Source: Felis catus
Taxonomy: Eukaryota
Direction of reading: 5' to 3'
Length of the DNA: 64,000 bases
Assembly (NCBI RefSeq): GCF_018350175.1
Contig: NC_058369.1
Coordinates: forward strand, 2,482,001-2,546,000
Both the position numbers and the translations under genes were made by a program. A model generated the notes under the pieces. It was not told the origin of the DNA, made no database searches, and was given only the letters and a program-made list of their open reading frames with translations. Below, piece after piece: positions 12,453 through 25,540 of the stretch. The stretch's first letter is position 1. Each line of letters opens with the position of its first letter.

Positions 12453-13307
12453 CAGTCTGTGAGAATCTGTCTATGTGTACCCACCCAAGGGGTTGTTGTG
12501 TGGATTAAATGAGTTTGTACATGTCGAACACCTAGCACAGAGCCTGGCACCTGGAGAGAACTATGTGGTTTATTAATAAACAATTAAATATATGGCATAT
12601 TAGAATTAAGTTAAAATGGGTGTAAATGCTATGGAGGAAAAAGCAAGCCTGAGGAAGCGTGTGATGGGGGCCGAACGACTTTAGATAAGGTGGAGAGAGA
12701 AGGTGACGAGGAATGAAAGAGTGAGCCATGCACCATCTGGGAGAGGGCACGCCAGACAGAGGGCACAGCCTGTGCAAAGGCCCTGGGGCAGCACTGGGCC
12801 TGGCGTGTGGGAGGAACAGCCAGGAGGCCCATGTGGCTGGAGCAAAATGGGCAAGGGGGAGAGAGGGAGGAGGGAAAGGCAGGGAGGGGACGGGGCAGGT
12901 CCTGCAGGGCCTTGTGGGCTGTGGAGATGACTCTGGCTTTCATCTGGGGACATCTTTGAAGACTTTTAAGGCAGGGTGTCATGATGCCCATAGAGCACTC
13001 GGTCCAAATTTGTGTCACTATCCTTTGAAAAATTTTGAATAGTATGTGCACACACAGCAAGTGTGAGGGGAAAAAAATGTTATTTCTGGTTACCGTTAAT
13101 AAAAACACAACGGTTGCTATTTCTTCTTCTTTTTTTTTTTTTAAATCTTTGTTCTTTGGGGTTTTTTTGTTTTGTTTTGTTTTTTTGGTTTTTGGGAGGT
13201 TTTTGCTGCCAAATCCCTGGAGGACGATTGCTATTTCTACTCAGTAAGCTATAGACTTAAAAGTCCCGAACACAGTGCCTCGCCCATGGTAGTATCGAAG
13301 TGTTCCT

Positions 13308-14300
13308 TTTTGGATAAATTCCTCGTAGTGCTGTTGCTGGGTCATAGGGTAGCTCTATTTTTAGTCTTTTGAGGAACCTCCTCACCGTTTTCCAGAGTGG
13401 CCGCACCAGTTTGCATTCCCACCAGGAGTGCAGAAGAGATCCCCTTTCTCCGCGTCCTCGCCAGCATCTGTTGTTGCCTGAGCTGTTAATTTTAGCCACT
13501 CTGACCCGCGTGAGGTGGCATCTCAATGTGGTTTTGATTTGTGTTTCCCTGATGAGGAGTGGCGTTGAGCATCTTTTCATGTGCCTGTTGGCCATCCGGA
13601 TGTCTTCTTTAGAAAAGTGTCTATGCATGTCTTCTGCCCATTTCTTCCCTGGATTATTGGTTTCTTGGGTGTTGAGCTTGGTAAGTTCTTTATAGAATTT
13701 GGATACTAGCCCTTTATCTGATATATGTCATTTGCAAATACACCCAGAGGATACAGGGGTGCTCATTCACAGGGGCACATGCACCCCAGTGTTTATAGCA
13801 GCACTATCGACAATAGCCACAGTAGGGAAGGAGCCCGAATGTCCATCAACAGATGAATGGCTAAAGAAGATGTGGTGTATATTCTACAAGGGAATATTAC
13901 TCAGCAAAGAAAAAGAATGAAATCTTGCCATTTGCGCAACGTGGATGGAACCGGAGGGTATTCTGCTAAGCGGAATAAGCCAGTAAGAGAAAGACAGATA
14001 GACGTTTGCACTTATGTGTGGAACTTGAGAAACTTAGCAGGAGACCATGCGGGAGGGGAAGGAAAAAAAAAAAACAGATACGAACTGAGAGGGAGTCAAA
14101 CCATAAGAGACTCTGAAATACGGAGAACAAACTGAGGATTGATGGGGGAGAGGGGGAAGTGGGTGATGGGCATCGAGGAGGACGCTGCTTGGGATGAGCA
14201 CCGGGTGCTGGATGTAAGGGATGACTCATGGGAATCTACTCCCAAAGCCTAGCGCACACTGTATACGTGGTGTGTTAGCTAACTTGACAATAATTTTATA
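13308..14300 (+). mobile_element. LINE-1 3' fragment with 5' inversion (twin-priming structure)
   Basis: 13308-13740 is antisense ORF2 ending [15 protein letters not shown]. 13741 onward is sense and resumes at HPEDTGVLIHRGTCTPVFIAAL, then continues into the L1 3' UTR. Confidence 0.88.
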
Positions 14301-14620
14301 CATATATATAAATATAAATATATAGAAAATTTATATATATATAAATTTTTTAATTCATATATGTGTGTATATACGTATATGTATAGATACATAGATGCAT
14401 GTATACATGCATAGACGCATAGATGCATAGATACATAGATGCATCTATCCATATATGCATCTATGTATATATACATGCATCTATGCGTCTATGCATCTAT
14501 ACATCTATGGATCTATGCGTCTATGCATCTATCCCTGTATCCATAGATGTATATATACATATATATGCATGTACGTATATATATATATACACATATATAT
14601 ATGTATATATATATATACAC

Positions 14621-14650
<30 letters not shown>
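14297..14650. repeat. Compound (AT)n / (ATAGATGCAT)n / (ATGCATCTAT)n low-complexity tract
   Basis: Directly visible at the L1 tail position. Confidence 0.9.
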
Positions 14651-14651
<1 letters not shown>

Positions 14652-14719
14652 GTGTTTCTTTATGTTTTGCTGCGGGTATTATTACTTTCATTACTATTAT
14701 TAGCATGATCCTCTTAACT

Positions 14720-15128
14720 ATCACCACCGTTACCGAGTTAACGCGCTTACCAGCGCCGAGGACGGGGTAAACGCCCAGGAGGCACCCCACAGGACCGCGC
14801 GCCACCCTTAGCGTTCTTCCTGTTGGTGGCGGTGGGGGCCGCGGGGGGTGCCCCTGGGCGCCGGCCGGGCACCCCCCACACCCCCACCCCCACCCCCACC
14901 CCCCACCCTCGGCCTCGGTCCCCCCGCCCGCTCGGGGCGCGGGAGGCGCCGCCGCGTCGACGCGCGCTCCGGCCGCCAGGGGCCGCTGCGGAGCCGCCCT
15001 TTTGTGGTCCTGATGCTGGAGCGAGCGGGCGCGCGGAGGAGGAGGGAGGAGGGCGCGGGGACGGGGCGGGAGGGAGGCGGGAGGCGGCGTCCGTCGCTCC
15101 AGCTGCGAGTCCGCCCGCCGCCCGCCGC

Positions 15129-15163
<35 letters not shown>

Positions 15164-15580
15164 TCGGTCCCGCGCCCGCCGCCCGCCCGCGCCCGCCATG
15201 GCCCGCCTGACGGAGAGCGAGGCGCGCCGGCAGCAGCAGCAGCTCCTGCAGACGCGGCCCTCGCCCGTGGGCAGCAGCGGGCCCGAGCCCCCCGGGGGGC
15301 AGCCCGACGGCATGAAGGACCTGGACGCCATCAAGCTCTTCGTGGGCCAGATCCCGCGCAACCTGGACGAGAAGGACCTCAAGCCGCTCTTCGAGCAGTT
15401 CGGCCGCATCTACGAGCTCACGGTGCTCAAAGACCCCTACACGGGCATGCACAAAGGTGGGCGCCCCGGCCCCCTCCCCGCCCTCCCCTCTCCTCCCTCG
15501 GCCTCCCCACCCCACCTTCCGGCATCTTCTCTCCCCCAGCCCTCCCCTCCTCACCTCCTCCCTCCGCTCGCCGCCGCCAC
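14720..15580 (+). promoter_or_regulatory. CELF5: CELF5 main CpG-island promoter and 5' UTR
   Basis: Very high CpG density, GC boxes and (GCC)10 at 15131-15160, directly upstream of the Kozak gccATGg at 15198. Confidence 0.9.
15198..15456 (+). CDS. CELF5: CELF5 exon 1 (N-terminus and first part of RRM1), 259 nt
   Basis: [18 protein letters not shown]...[46 protein letters not shown]2 is LFVGQI. Donor AAG|GTGGGC, phase 1. Confidence 0.97.
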
Positions 15581-15639
15581 AGCATCATTGCTCTCCCCCT
15601 TTTCCACCTACCCCTCCTCCCCCCTCTGGGGGTGCAGCT

Positions 15640-15806
15640 GACAGATTCGAGCTGGCCCCCTCCCCTCCTCCGCCCCCTCTCCCTCCCTCCCCACCTTCCG
15701 GCATCCTCTCTCTCTCTCTCTCTCTCTCCCTCTCCCTCTCCCTCTCTCTTTCCTTTTCTCTCCTCTCCCATCTCCCTCTACCTCCCATCCTCTCCCCCCC
15801 CAGCAT

Positions 15807-15857
<51 letters not shown>

Positions 15858-15930
15858 TCTGCCTCTCCCTCCCATTCCCCCTGGACCCCCACCCCTTCCT
15901 CCCTCCCTCACCCACTCTTTCCTGCCCCTT
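15640..15930. repeat. Polypyrimidine / (CT)n tract at the start of intron 1
   Basis: Runs of (CT)n and CCCT, directly visible. Confidence 0.85.
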
Positions 15931-18900
15931 TGCTGGAGGAGCTGCCCGGACCTCACCACCCCTCCCTGCCCACCCCCTCATTCATTCGGCCTCCCCAGGC
16001 CCCGTCGGGGAAGTTTGCACCTCTGGACTCCATTGCTTTGGTCATTTTCACAAAGCCAGGCCAGCGGGGCAGGTCCGGCCAGCCGCAGGGGACACGGATG
16101 CCCAGGACCCCGGGCTAATCGGTAACTACAAAGAAAGCGGGGTGGGGGTATCAGGGAGCTGAGCCAGGCTAGTGGGGGGGTGGGCGCCAGCCTCCCCAGC
16201 CCTGGGTGGTTAAAATGCTATGATTTGCCCTCCCCCCCCACCCCCGCCGCCCATCCTCTCTGTTTGGATCAGCATCCCCCCTCCATTGCTCTGCCCTCCC
16301 CCTCCCTGCCTCCACCTTTGGCTCAAGTTAAAACTGGCCTAGCCTGTTAGCAATGTGTTGAGGTCTGAGGCCAAAGACGATGCGCCTGGACCGTCCATCT
16401 GGCAGAGCCCAGATCCTAAGGTGGACGGGGAGGCGTGGGCGACCCGGGAGCACAGTGGGGGAGGCAGGAGGGGTGGGGAGGCCTGCCCACCTCCCTCCCA
16501 CCTGATTCTCCCTCAGATGGGATGCTGGGAGGAGGCGCCCAGGGACTGGGGCCCCAGCCCTGGGCTCAGATCATGGGCCCAGTGTCTGAATGACGGTGGC
16601 TTTGACGGCTCTCCCGTCAGGTGTCGGTGACCGAGGGTGGGGACAGTGAAGGCTTTGTGCTGGACACCCCTGGCAGGACCCTGGAGGCTCCTTGGGGATG
16701 GAGCGGGGCTCATGACCTATTTCAGACCCCGTTGTGCCCCTTCTTCTCTGTGGCTGCCATGGGAAGCATGAATACATGTTTGTTGGATGGATGGATGGAT
16801 GGATGGATGGATGAATGAATGAGTGAATGAATGAATGAATGAATGGGTGGATGATGGACCCGGGCGGGCCATAGGGAGAGTCTGGTGGGATGGACCCAGG
16901 GCCTGTCACTGTAGCTAGACCCTCCAGCTGGTATCCTAGGGGGAGGAAAGAAACCCCTCCCATCCCCCACCTCTTTTCAAATCCAACCATCACCAAAAAA
17001 AAAAAAGGGGGGGGGAGGGAGCTTGGGAAATCGAATTCCTCTGTGTGAACTAGGAGGGCAGAGGGCTCCCATTTGCCCATGAGTCAAGCTCAGGGGTCCA
17101 TGGCTGCATGGAGGGCGCTTTGCACAAGCCCCCCGCCCCCGGTACGGCCGAAGGGCCCATTTCTAGAAAGATTCTGATGGGGGCTGGAGGGGGTGTCCAC
17201 GTGCCCCCCCCAAATGTTGAACTGATAGGCTGTTGGTGGGCTCTGAGTGAGGAAGCTGATGGGGTGCAGGGGGTGCACACACTGGGTGGCCCTCCTCCCT
17301 TTGCTCATTTTTAAATCTCCCCTGGACACCCCCCACCCCCACCAGGGGAAGGGACGGACTGTGGCTGGGTTTCCGCCTGGGCTGGAGCCTCAGTTTCCCC
17401 CACTGTCGGCAAAGCAGGGCCTCTTGAATGTCGGGTTATTTTTTTTCTGGCCGGGGATTGTTAGGCTTAGGGGCGTCTCGGGGTCTTTCCCAGAAGGGTG
17501 ACAGTTAGGCAGCTGGGTGTCCGTGACACCCAGCTCCCACCCTCCACTTCCCAGGGGCCCCCGGCTGCAGGGGGTGGGGAGGGGGACGTCTCCTCCCGCC
17601 CATCCTCCAACACCGGATCTCTCTCCTGACACCCCCTGTGCTGGGCCTGGCTGGGCCTCACCTGTGGGAGGGAGCTGGAGGTGAGGGGGTCTCAAGGACC
17701 AGCAGCTAGGATGATGGCTCCGCTGTGTGACCTTTGGCCAGTGGCTGCCCCTCTCTGGGTCTCAGCCAAAGGGAGGTGCAGTGATGAATGGGAAGTACAG
17801 GGGGTGTTCAGGCGCCTCCTGCCAACACTTCCCTGGTTTCATTTCTGGGGAGCCAATGGGCACAGGATGCCTGCTGTTGGCGCTGGCTGAGAGCAGCGAG
17901 GGCTGGGGGTGTGGCCCCGGCGGGGGTGAGGGGGGGGGGAGATTCCCCCCTCCCAGCCCCAGAGCCTTCTGGGCTCCCGGATGCCAGGGGATCCCATGAC
18001 GACGGACGCCAGGGGTGCTAAAAGGGACAGCAGCATGGGTCATCATCATCCCTGTCCTGACCATCATCTCACCCTTAACTGTCATACCTGGGGCCTGTTC
18101 AGTCCCCCACCGAAGGGATAGCCACTGGGGTGGGCTTGCGAGCATCAGCGTATTTCACATGGAAGGGAAACTGAGGCCGGGAGGAGTCAGTACTGGCTCC
18201 CAAACACCCACCAGAGCCTGGGCCCTCACTGTCTCCCACCTGTGTCCCCTCCAACCCAGGGAATACAAAAGTACATCTGTGTGATGGAGGGGTGACAGGT
18301 TCCCCCCCCAGCCAAGAGTCGGGCCCCCCTCAAAGATGGTGTTGGGGAGGAAGGGGCTGTGGCATGAGGCACCCCGATGCCTGATGGCCTGTGGGGCCCC
18401 CGTGAGACCGAGTGACAGGTGGGAGGTCCAGCCGTGCCGGGGGAGAGGGGGGGCTCTGGGAGCTGAGTGTCGGGGTAGGGGGCAGGATGGGAAAGACAGG
18501 GTCCTCAGCAACAGGGCAGGCCCTTGGGCGCTGGCTTGTTTTGTTTTTAAGATAAGGGATGGAGACAGACAGAGAAATGATTTAGAGACACAAGGAGAGA
18601 CCACGAGAGACACAGCAAGAGCAGGAAAGGAGACAGACACACAGACAGAGAGAGAAACCGAGGCAAGTGGAGCCCCCCCCCACACCACACACACCCAGGG
18701 AGAGGCAGGGAGGGGGAGTCAGGGAGAGCCACGGAGAAGGGGGAGCAGGGAGGCCGCAAGGCCGCTTCCTCACTCAGACCAGAAAGGGAGCCCAGCCAAG
18801 AGCTCGGGCCGAACTGGGGGGCTCCCACCAGCCGGTGTCCCCATGTCCCCCCACCTGGCTCCGGCCAGGGGACAGCTCCCGCAGAGGGGGCCCGCGGGGG

Positions 18901-19028
18901 TGCCTGGCGTGGCCGGGCTGTCCCTCTCTCTCCCGATGGGGGCCGAAGGAGCGTCGATGCCCACCCCGGCCCGGGGCAGGCTCCCACGATAGGGCTCCAG
19001 GGCTCGGCAGCCACCGCCGAGAGGCCCC

Positions 19029-19080
19029 CCATTTATGGTAATCACATATGCATTTGCATGTTAATGACAATATTTGTCTT
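19029..19080. promoter_or_regulatory. AT-rich motif cluster (CArG box, octamer, TAAT, SOX core), candidate enhancer
   Basis: CCATTTATGG at 19029-19038, ATTTGCAT at 19052-19059, ACAAT at 19067-19071. Confidence 0.55.
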
Positions 19081-21559
19081 AAAGCGGAGGTTGTGAGGGG
19101 GGCCGGTGCAGGTGGGGGGGCCGGGTGGAGGCCTGTGGTTTCCATGGGAGCCCCAGCTGCTCACTCCTCGGCAGGAGGGGAGGCTGGAGCACGCTGAGCT
19201 CTGAGGCGTGAGATTCCGAGGGTGACGCGCCAGCCCCAGGGAGATGGAGGGCTGCCTGGCGGGGGCACCGAGGGAGGAGTTGTGAGCACGGCGCGTGGGG
19301 GGGGCGGTGCTGGGGGCCGGCCGCCAGGGCCGGCTGCCTGACTCTGAGCTGGGCGTGCCCCTCCCCGTGCCTCAGTTTCCCCAGCTGCCCATTCTTCCCC
19401 GATTTAACAGGGGCCTTACAGGCCATACTGTGACATCATGTCTGCCCTCCTTCGGGCAGAGAGTGTTGACTAAGCACCTACTGTGTGCAGCGTTCATGGG
19501 GAGATGGGAATCCGTGCAACCAGGCATCCCTGTGGATTCACGATGGGTTGAACAAGACACGAATCCATCTCCCCATATAACCAGCATTTATTGAGCACTT
19601 GCTGTGTGCCAGGCGCCGTTCCAGACCCAGGATATGATGTTGGGCATCACAGATTACCCTCCCCGGCCAAGACCTGACCTGCCTTCAAAGCCCAGTCTGG
19701 TAGGAGGGACTCAGTGAGGAAGGAGGAGGTTAAAGGCATTGATGTTCAGGCTGCGATGGTGGGAACACAGCCCAGAGGAGCCCCTGCAGGTGTGGAGACC
19801 AGGAGGGCTTCCTGGAGGAGGTGGTCAGTATAAAAGAGCAGTTCTGAGCTTGGCATTGAGATGATCTGGTTTCTCTAATCTTACTGGCAGACCGTGCTCT
19901 CGCCTACAGGGCCTACAGGGTCGGGAGACAGCGGGGCTTTCACTCTCAGAGCAGTGGGGAAGGGGAGGACCGCGAGCCGGGCACAGAGTACATGCTTGGT
20001 CAGGAGGAGCTGGGCTTATCGTGGGACTGGGCTGACGCCTACAGGGTGAGAAGGATCCGTTGGTGGGGACAGGTGTTCCTGGCACAGAGAAAAGCATGTG
20101 CAAAGGCCCAGAGCAGTGCTACCTCTGGAAACTTCTGGCGAGGGGGGTGGGGGGCTTGCCCTGGTGAGAAAGGAACAAAGGGTCTTGGGAGCCCCAGCGT
20201 CCCCTTCTGTTGTGGGACTTACCCGGGGGGGGCTCTTCTGAGAGGCTCTGGCACTTGGGGTGTCTGACACAGGCTCCTGTCTCCCTCTTTCACCCCTGAC
20301 ATTGGCAGATGAGAGCCTGGCCACTAGGCAGGGCCATGCCTACGCGCCCATTCGTTCGTTCGGCCAACGCTTCCTGAAAGCCTTTTGGGGCCGCTACTGG
20401 GCACGAGAAATGTGAAGGTCTCTGATGGCAAGGCAGAGCTAGGCACTAGCACTCAGAGTGATGGTCAGGGCTGGGTCGGAGGGAGGGAGGCAAGGTTGAG
20501 GGAACCGGACAGGAATCTGGGGCTCTGCCTGGGAACTCCGGCGGCGTGGACGAGGGGCTGTAGAACCGAGGCTTTGAAAGGAGAACAGGAGCCTGCCCGG
20601 TGAAGGAAGCGCTTCGTTTGTTTATTCGCCGAAACAAGTACTGTGTTCCTGGCCCTGGGATGGGCATGGCTGCGAGTCAGCTAGGCAGACGTCCTCATGC
20701 ATGTGGGCAGAGGGAGCTGGGTTTACAGAGGCCTGGAGGTGTGGAGGGCACACCTGGAGGAGGGAAGGAATTAGGTGGGACCTGGGAGGTGAAGCCAGAG
20801 GTGAAGCCAGAGGGTCAGCATGGGCTGAACCCCAGAGGGCCTGTGATCCTAGACTGAGGGCACTGGGGAGCCATGGAAGAATTTAGAGCAAGGGAGGAAT
20901 TCAGACTTGGGTGGAAAGGGCGCTTCATGTCTGTTCACCTGCCATTGCCAGCCCCTTTCCAGCCTCCCAGCCTCATTCAGGATATGCCTGCTTCTTACGC
21001 AGAAGGATGGAAAACGAGGAAGCTTCCCCTTGGGGTGAGCCCACACTGTGGGGAAACTAGAAATGCAAAGAAGCAGACCTGTGTTCTCAGGGGACCAAGT
21101 TCCCCTCCCTCACATGGATCACATGATGAGTTGGGGCTCAGAGAGGCGTAGCGCTCAGCCCCAAGTCACACAGCAATATAGCTAGGCGTTCCACCTCCCA
21201 GACTGAGTCTTGACCCACTTTGGAAGAGGAGTAGAGGAGGCAAAGAAAGAGATGTGATTGTGGAGGTGAAGATTCAGGGTGAGAGCCATCAAGGGAGACT
21301 GGCTGTCCTTGGACTGAAGGCGACCAGTGCCAGAGGAAGGGGCTGCTGGGTTGGGAAGACACTGACCTGGCAATAGTCCTGTTGGCCTGGGGTCATAGGG
21401 ATTTCACTGATATGTAAGCTCTGTGGGGGCAGGGACTGTGTCTTGTTTGTCATTTGGAAGTGGAACATGTGGATGGACGAGGGCATGAGGGAATGAGAGG
21501 TTGGGGGGTGGGGATGGGGAATGGTCGGATATGGGAGGGTGGGCTGGTTACAATACGGA

Positions 21560-23560
21560 CAGATAGATGGATAAGTGACTAGATGGATGCAAGGATGGAT
21601 GGAGGGATGGAAGGATGAATGGATGGGTGGATGGATGGATGGATGGATGGATGGATGGATGAGTGGGTAGATGGATGGGTGGATGGAGGGATGGAGGGGT
21701 GGATGGATGGAGGAATAGATGGATGGATGGATGGATGGATGGATGGAGGGATGGAGGGATGGATGGGTAGATGGATGGATGGATAGATGGATGGAGGGAT
21801 GGAAGGATGAATGGATGGATGGATTGATGGGTGGATGGAGGGCTGGATGGATGGATGGATGGAGGGAGGGATTGATGGGTGGATGGGTGGATGGATGGAT
21901 GGATGGATGGATGGAAGGATGAATGGATGGATGGATTGATGGGTGGATGGAGGGATGGGTTGATGGATGGATGGATGGAGGGAAGGAGGGAGGGATGGGT
22001 GGGTGGGCGGATGAATGGGTGGATGGATGGAGGGATGGATGGATGGAGGGATGGAGGGGTGGATGGATGGATGGATGGATGGATGGATGGATGGAGGGAT
22101 GGATGGGTGGATGGAGGGATGGAGGGGTGGATGGATGGATGGATGGGTGGATGGAGGGATGGATGGAGGAATGGATGGATGGAAGAATGGATGGATGTAT
22201 GGATGGATGGATGGATGGATGGAGGGAGGGAGGGATGGATGGAGGGATGGATGGGTAGATGGATGGAGGGATGGAGGAATGGATGGATGGATGGATGGAT
22301 GGATGGATGGAAGGATGAATGGATGGATGGATTGATGGGTGGATGGAGGGCTGGATGGATGGAGGGCTGGATGGATGGAGGGATGGAGGGATGGGTGGGT
22401 GGATGGAGGGATGGATGGATGGAGGGATGGAAGGATGAATGGATGGATGGATAGATGGGTGGATGGAGGGATGGGTTGATGGATGGATGGATGGAGGGAA
22501 GGAGGGAGGGAGGGATGGGTGGGTGGGCGGATGGATGGGTGGATGGATGGATGGATGGATGGGTGGATAAAGAGATGGATGGGTGAGTGGATGGGTGGAT
22601 GGAGGGATGGATGGATGAATGGGTCGATGAGTGGATGGAGGGATGGATGGGTGGAAGGATGGATGGATGGTAGAAGGATGGATGAGTCGATGGATGGATG
22701 GATAGATAAATGGATGGAGGGAGGGAGGGATTGGTGGATGGATGGGTGGATGGATGGATGAGTGGATGGATGCATGGAGGGAGGGAGGGGTGGATGGATG
22801 TATGGATGTATGGATGGGTGGATGGAGGAATGGATGGGTGGGTGTGTAGATGGATGGATGGATGGATGAGTGAATGGATGGATGGAGGGAGGGAGGGGTG
22901 GATGGATGTATGGATGTATGGATGGGTGGATGGAGGAATGGATGGGTGGGTGTGTAGATGGATGGATGGATGGATGAGTGAATGGATGGATGGAGGGAGG
23001 GAGGGAGGGAGGGATGGATGGATGGGTGGGTGGATGGATGGATAGATGGATGGATAAGTGGATGGAGGGAGGGAGGGATGGATGGATGGATGAGTGGATG
23101 GATAGAGGGAGGGAGGAAGGGATGAATAGATAGATGGATGGAGGGATGGATGCATGGATGGATGGGTGGATGGAGGAATGGATGGATGGGTGGATGGAGG
23201 AATGGATGGGTGGATGAATGGATGGACAGATGGATGGAGAGAGGGATGGATGGATGGATGAAGAGAGGGATGGATGGAAGAGTGGATGGAGGGAGGGAGG
23301 GAGGGAGGGAGGGATGGAGAGATGGATGGATGGATGGGTGGATGGATGGGTGGATGGATGAGTGGATGGAGGGAGGGAGGGAGGGAGGGAGGGAGGAATG
23401 GAAGGGTGGATGGAGGGATGCATGGATGGATGGATAGATGGATGGAGGGATGGAGGGAGGGATGGAGAGAGGGAGGGATGGATGGATGGGTGGATGGAGG
23501 GATGGACAGATGGACGGATGGATGGATGAAAGACGGAGGGATGGATGGGTGGATGGATAC
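21560..23560. repeat. About 2-kb degenerate (GGAT)n/(GGAG)n tetranucleotide array
   Basis: Directly visible. Source of the spurious PSIH- and MDGW-repeat ORFs. Confidence 0.97.
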
Positions 23561-23650
23561 GTTCCCAGCATTTGCCACCTTCCTCCACACGTGATGAAAG
23601 GGAATGACCCATCAGGTCTGTGGTCTCACAGGCTTGGTTTCTGTTCCTGG

Positions 23651-23691
<41 letters not shown>

Positions 23692-24989
23692 GCTTCTCTG
23701 TGATCTTGAACAAGCCACCTCATCTTTTCTGAGTCTTGGCTTCTCATTTGTAAAAGAGAAGGAATATTGAAAGCTGTCTTCCAGAGTGGTTGCAGAATTT
23801 GGAGTTCACTTACATAATGTGATTAATGCACGTACTCTGAGCGATGTCCTGTTGCAGGTGTCCTCAGTACATGGTCAGGTAGTCAGATAGTCAGCAATTG
23901 TTTTCCATATCTCTGTTAGGTGCCAGGCGCTGAACTGGGGTCTAGGGACACAAGCCCTTCCAGGGGAGAGGGGAGCTGATAATAAACTGGGTAACAAACA
24001 AGTAAGATTTAGATTGGATTGAGTTGCCATGAAGAATAAAAGTAAGATGTGTGTTGGGAGGTGATAGCTTGGGTGGCCAAAGATGGCCTCTCTGAGCAGG
24101 TGACCTGAATGACAGATGAGAAAGCTGTGATTCTGAAGCCAAGGGAAAGGCATTCCAGGAGAGGAAACAGCACATGCCAAGGCCCTGAGGTCGGAATGAG
24201 TTTGACCTGTGAGAGGAACAGTGAGGAGGCCTGTGTGGCTGGAGCACAGAGGGCAAGGGGAGAGAGGAAGGAGGGAGGGCAGGGAGGACACAGGGTAGGT
24301 CGCTCAGGGTCTCATGCGTCTTGGAGAGGATCGTGGGTTTTACTCCGAGTGAGGTGAGAGCCCTGGAAGGCAGTGGGCAGGGAAAGGACAGCATCCCATA
24401 CGGAGCTCAGAATCTGGAGAACATGGACTCCGGGTTCTCCGTTTTCTAGATGGGGAAGCTAAGGCACAGAGCGTCCTAGAGTGTGGGATGGAGCTTCCTT
24501 CCATCATGGCTGCACCCGGTCCCTCTGAGGGGCTCCTGAGGACAGCAAACTGCCTGGAGGCGTGGCCAGCGCTAGGGGAGAGACTCCTTGTCCCTGACCC
24601 TCTGCAGATGATGCCCCCCCCAGCTCTAGGGCTGGGGGCCCTAGAGCAACCTCATGCACAGTGAGAGACAGAGGCTCAGTGAGGGGGGAAGACCTCCCCC
24701 AGGACACCTGGCATCATCTAGAGCGACCCGAGGCGGATGGCTGGGGCTGGGGCTCATTTCTTCACCCACCTACTCGCCCCCTCTCTCCACTATTTCCTGA
24801 GTCCTGCTACATTCAGGATCGAAAGCTGCCGTGTGTCCGTAGGGAGTCCAGTGCTCTGAGCGGTGGACAGGATGTCTGCGCTGGCCTGGACGGACAGACG
24901 GACGGAGGTGATGAGTGGCGGGGGGGGGAGGGGGGGGAGTGGGAAGGGGCAGCGCTGAGGGAGACGTCTGGCGGTTCCTCAGGGACCTT

Positions 24990-25540
24990 CATGCGGAGTT
25001 ACCGTGTGACCCGACCGTTCCACTTCTGAGGACAGAGCCGAAGAATTGAAAGTCTCCGAGAGCTGTTTGCACGCCCGTGTTCACAGCAGCACCAAAGTGG
25101 GAACGCCCCAAGGGTCCCCTGGTGGATAAGTCAGTACACACAGTGTGGTCCATCCACACGCCGGAATGTGACCCAGCCCCAGGGAGGGAGGACGTCCTGC
25201 CACCTGCCACCGCGTGGATGGACCCGGAGGTCACGGTGCGTGGTGGCAGGAGCCAGGCACAGAAGGACACGTCCTGCGTGACCCCACTCCTAGAGGCGTC
25301 CCGTCCACAGAGACAGAGAGCAGGGTCCACAGAGACAGAGAGCAGGCGGTGGGAGCCAGGGGTGGGGCAGGGGGCGGGGAGTCCGTGCTTCCTGGGGACG
25401 CAGTCTCAGTCTGGGAGATGGAAAGTTCTGGAGACGGGTGGTGGGGGCGGCTGCACGACAGCGTGAGCGTGCCTGATGCCAGTGCACTGAGAGACGGTTA
25501 AGGTGGCACATTTTACGTGATGTATATTCTACCGCAATTT
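24990..25540 (+). mobile_element. Old L1M (L1MB-like) 3' end, GC-enriched
   Basis: gagttaccgtgtgacccg, gtgttcacagcagcacc, and terminal ggttaaggtggcacattttacgtgatgtatattctaccgcaattt. Confidence 0.7.

Noticed and set aside
14748..14770. RE1-like ccagcgccgaggacgggg in the main promoter, and half-site ctgtccgtgg near 45760
   Set aside because: Mismatches at conserved core positions or only one half-site. Too weak to call.
21289..23747. Three overlapping minus-strand ORFs of 680-760 aa and many plus-strand MDGW ORFs
   Set aside because: Translations of the (GGAT)n array. They are open in several frames only because the repeat rarely contains stops.
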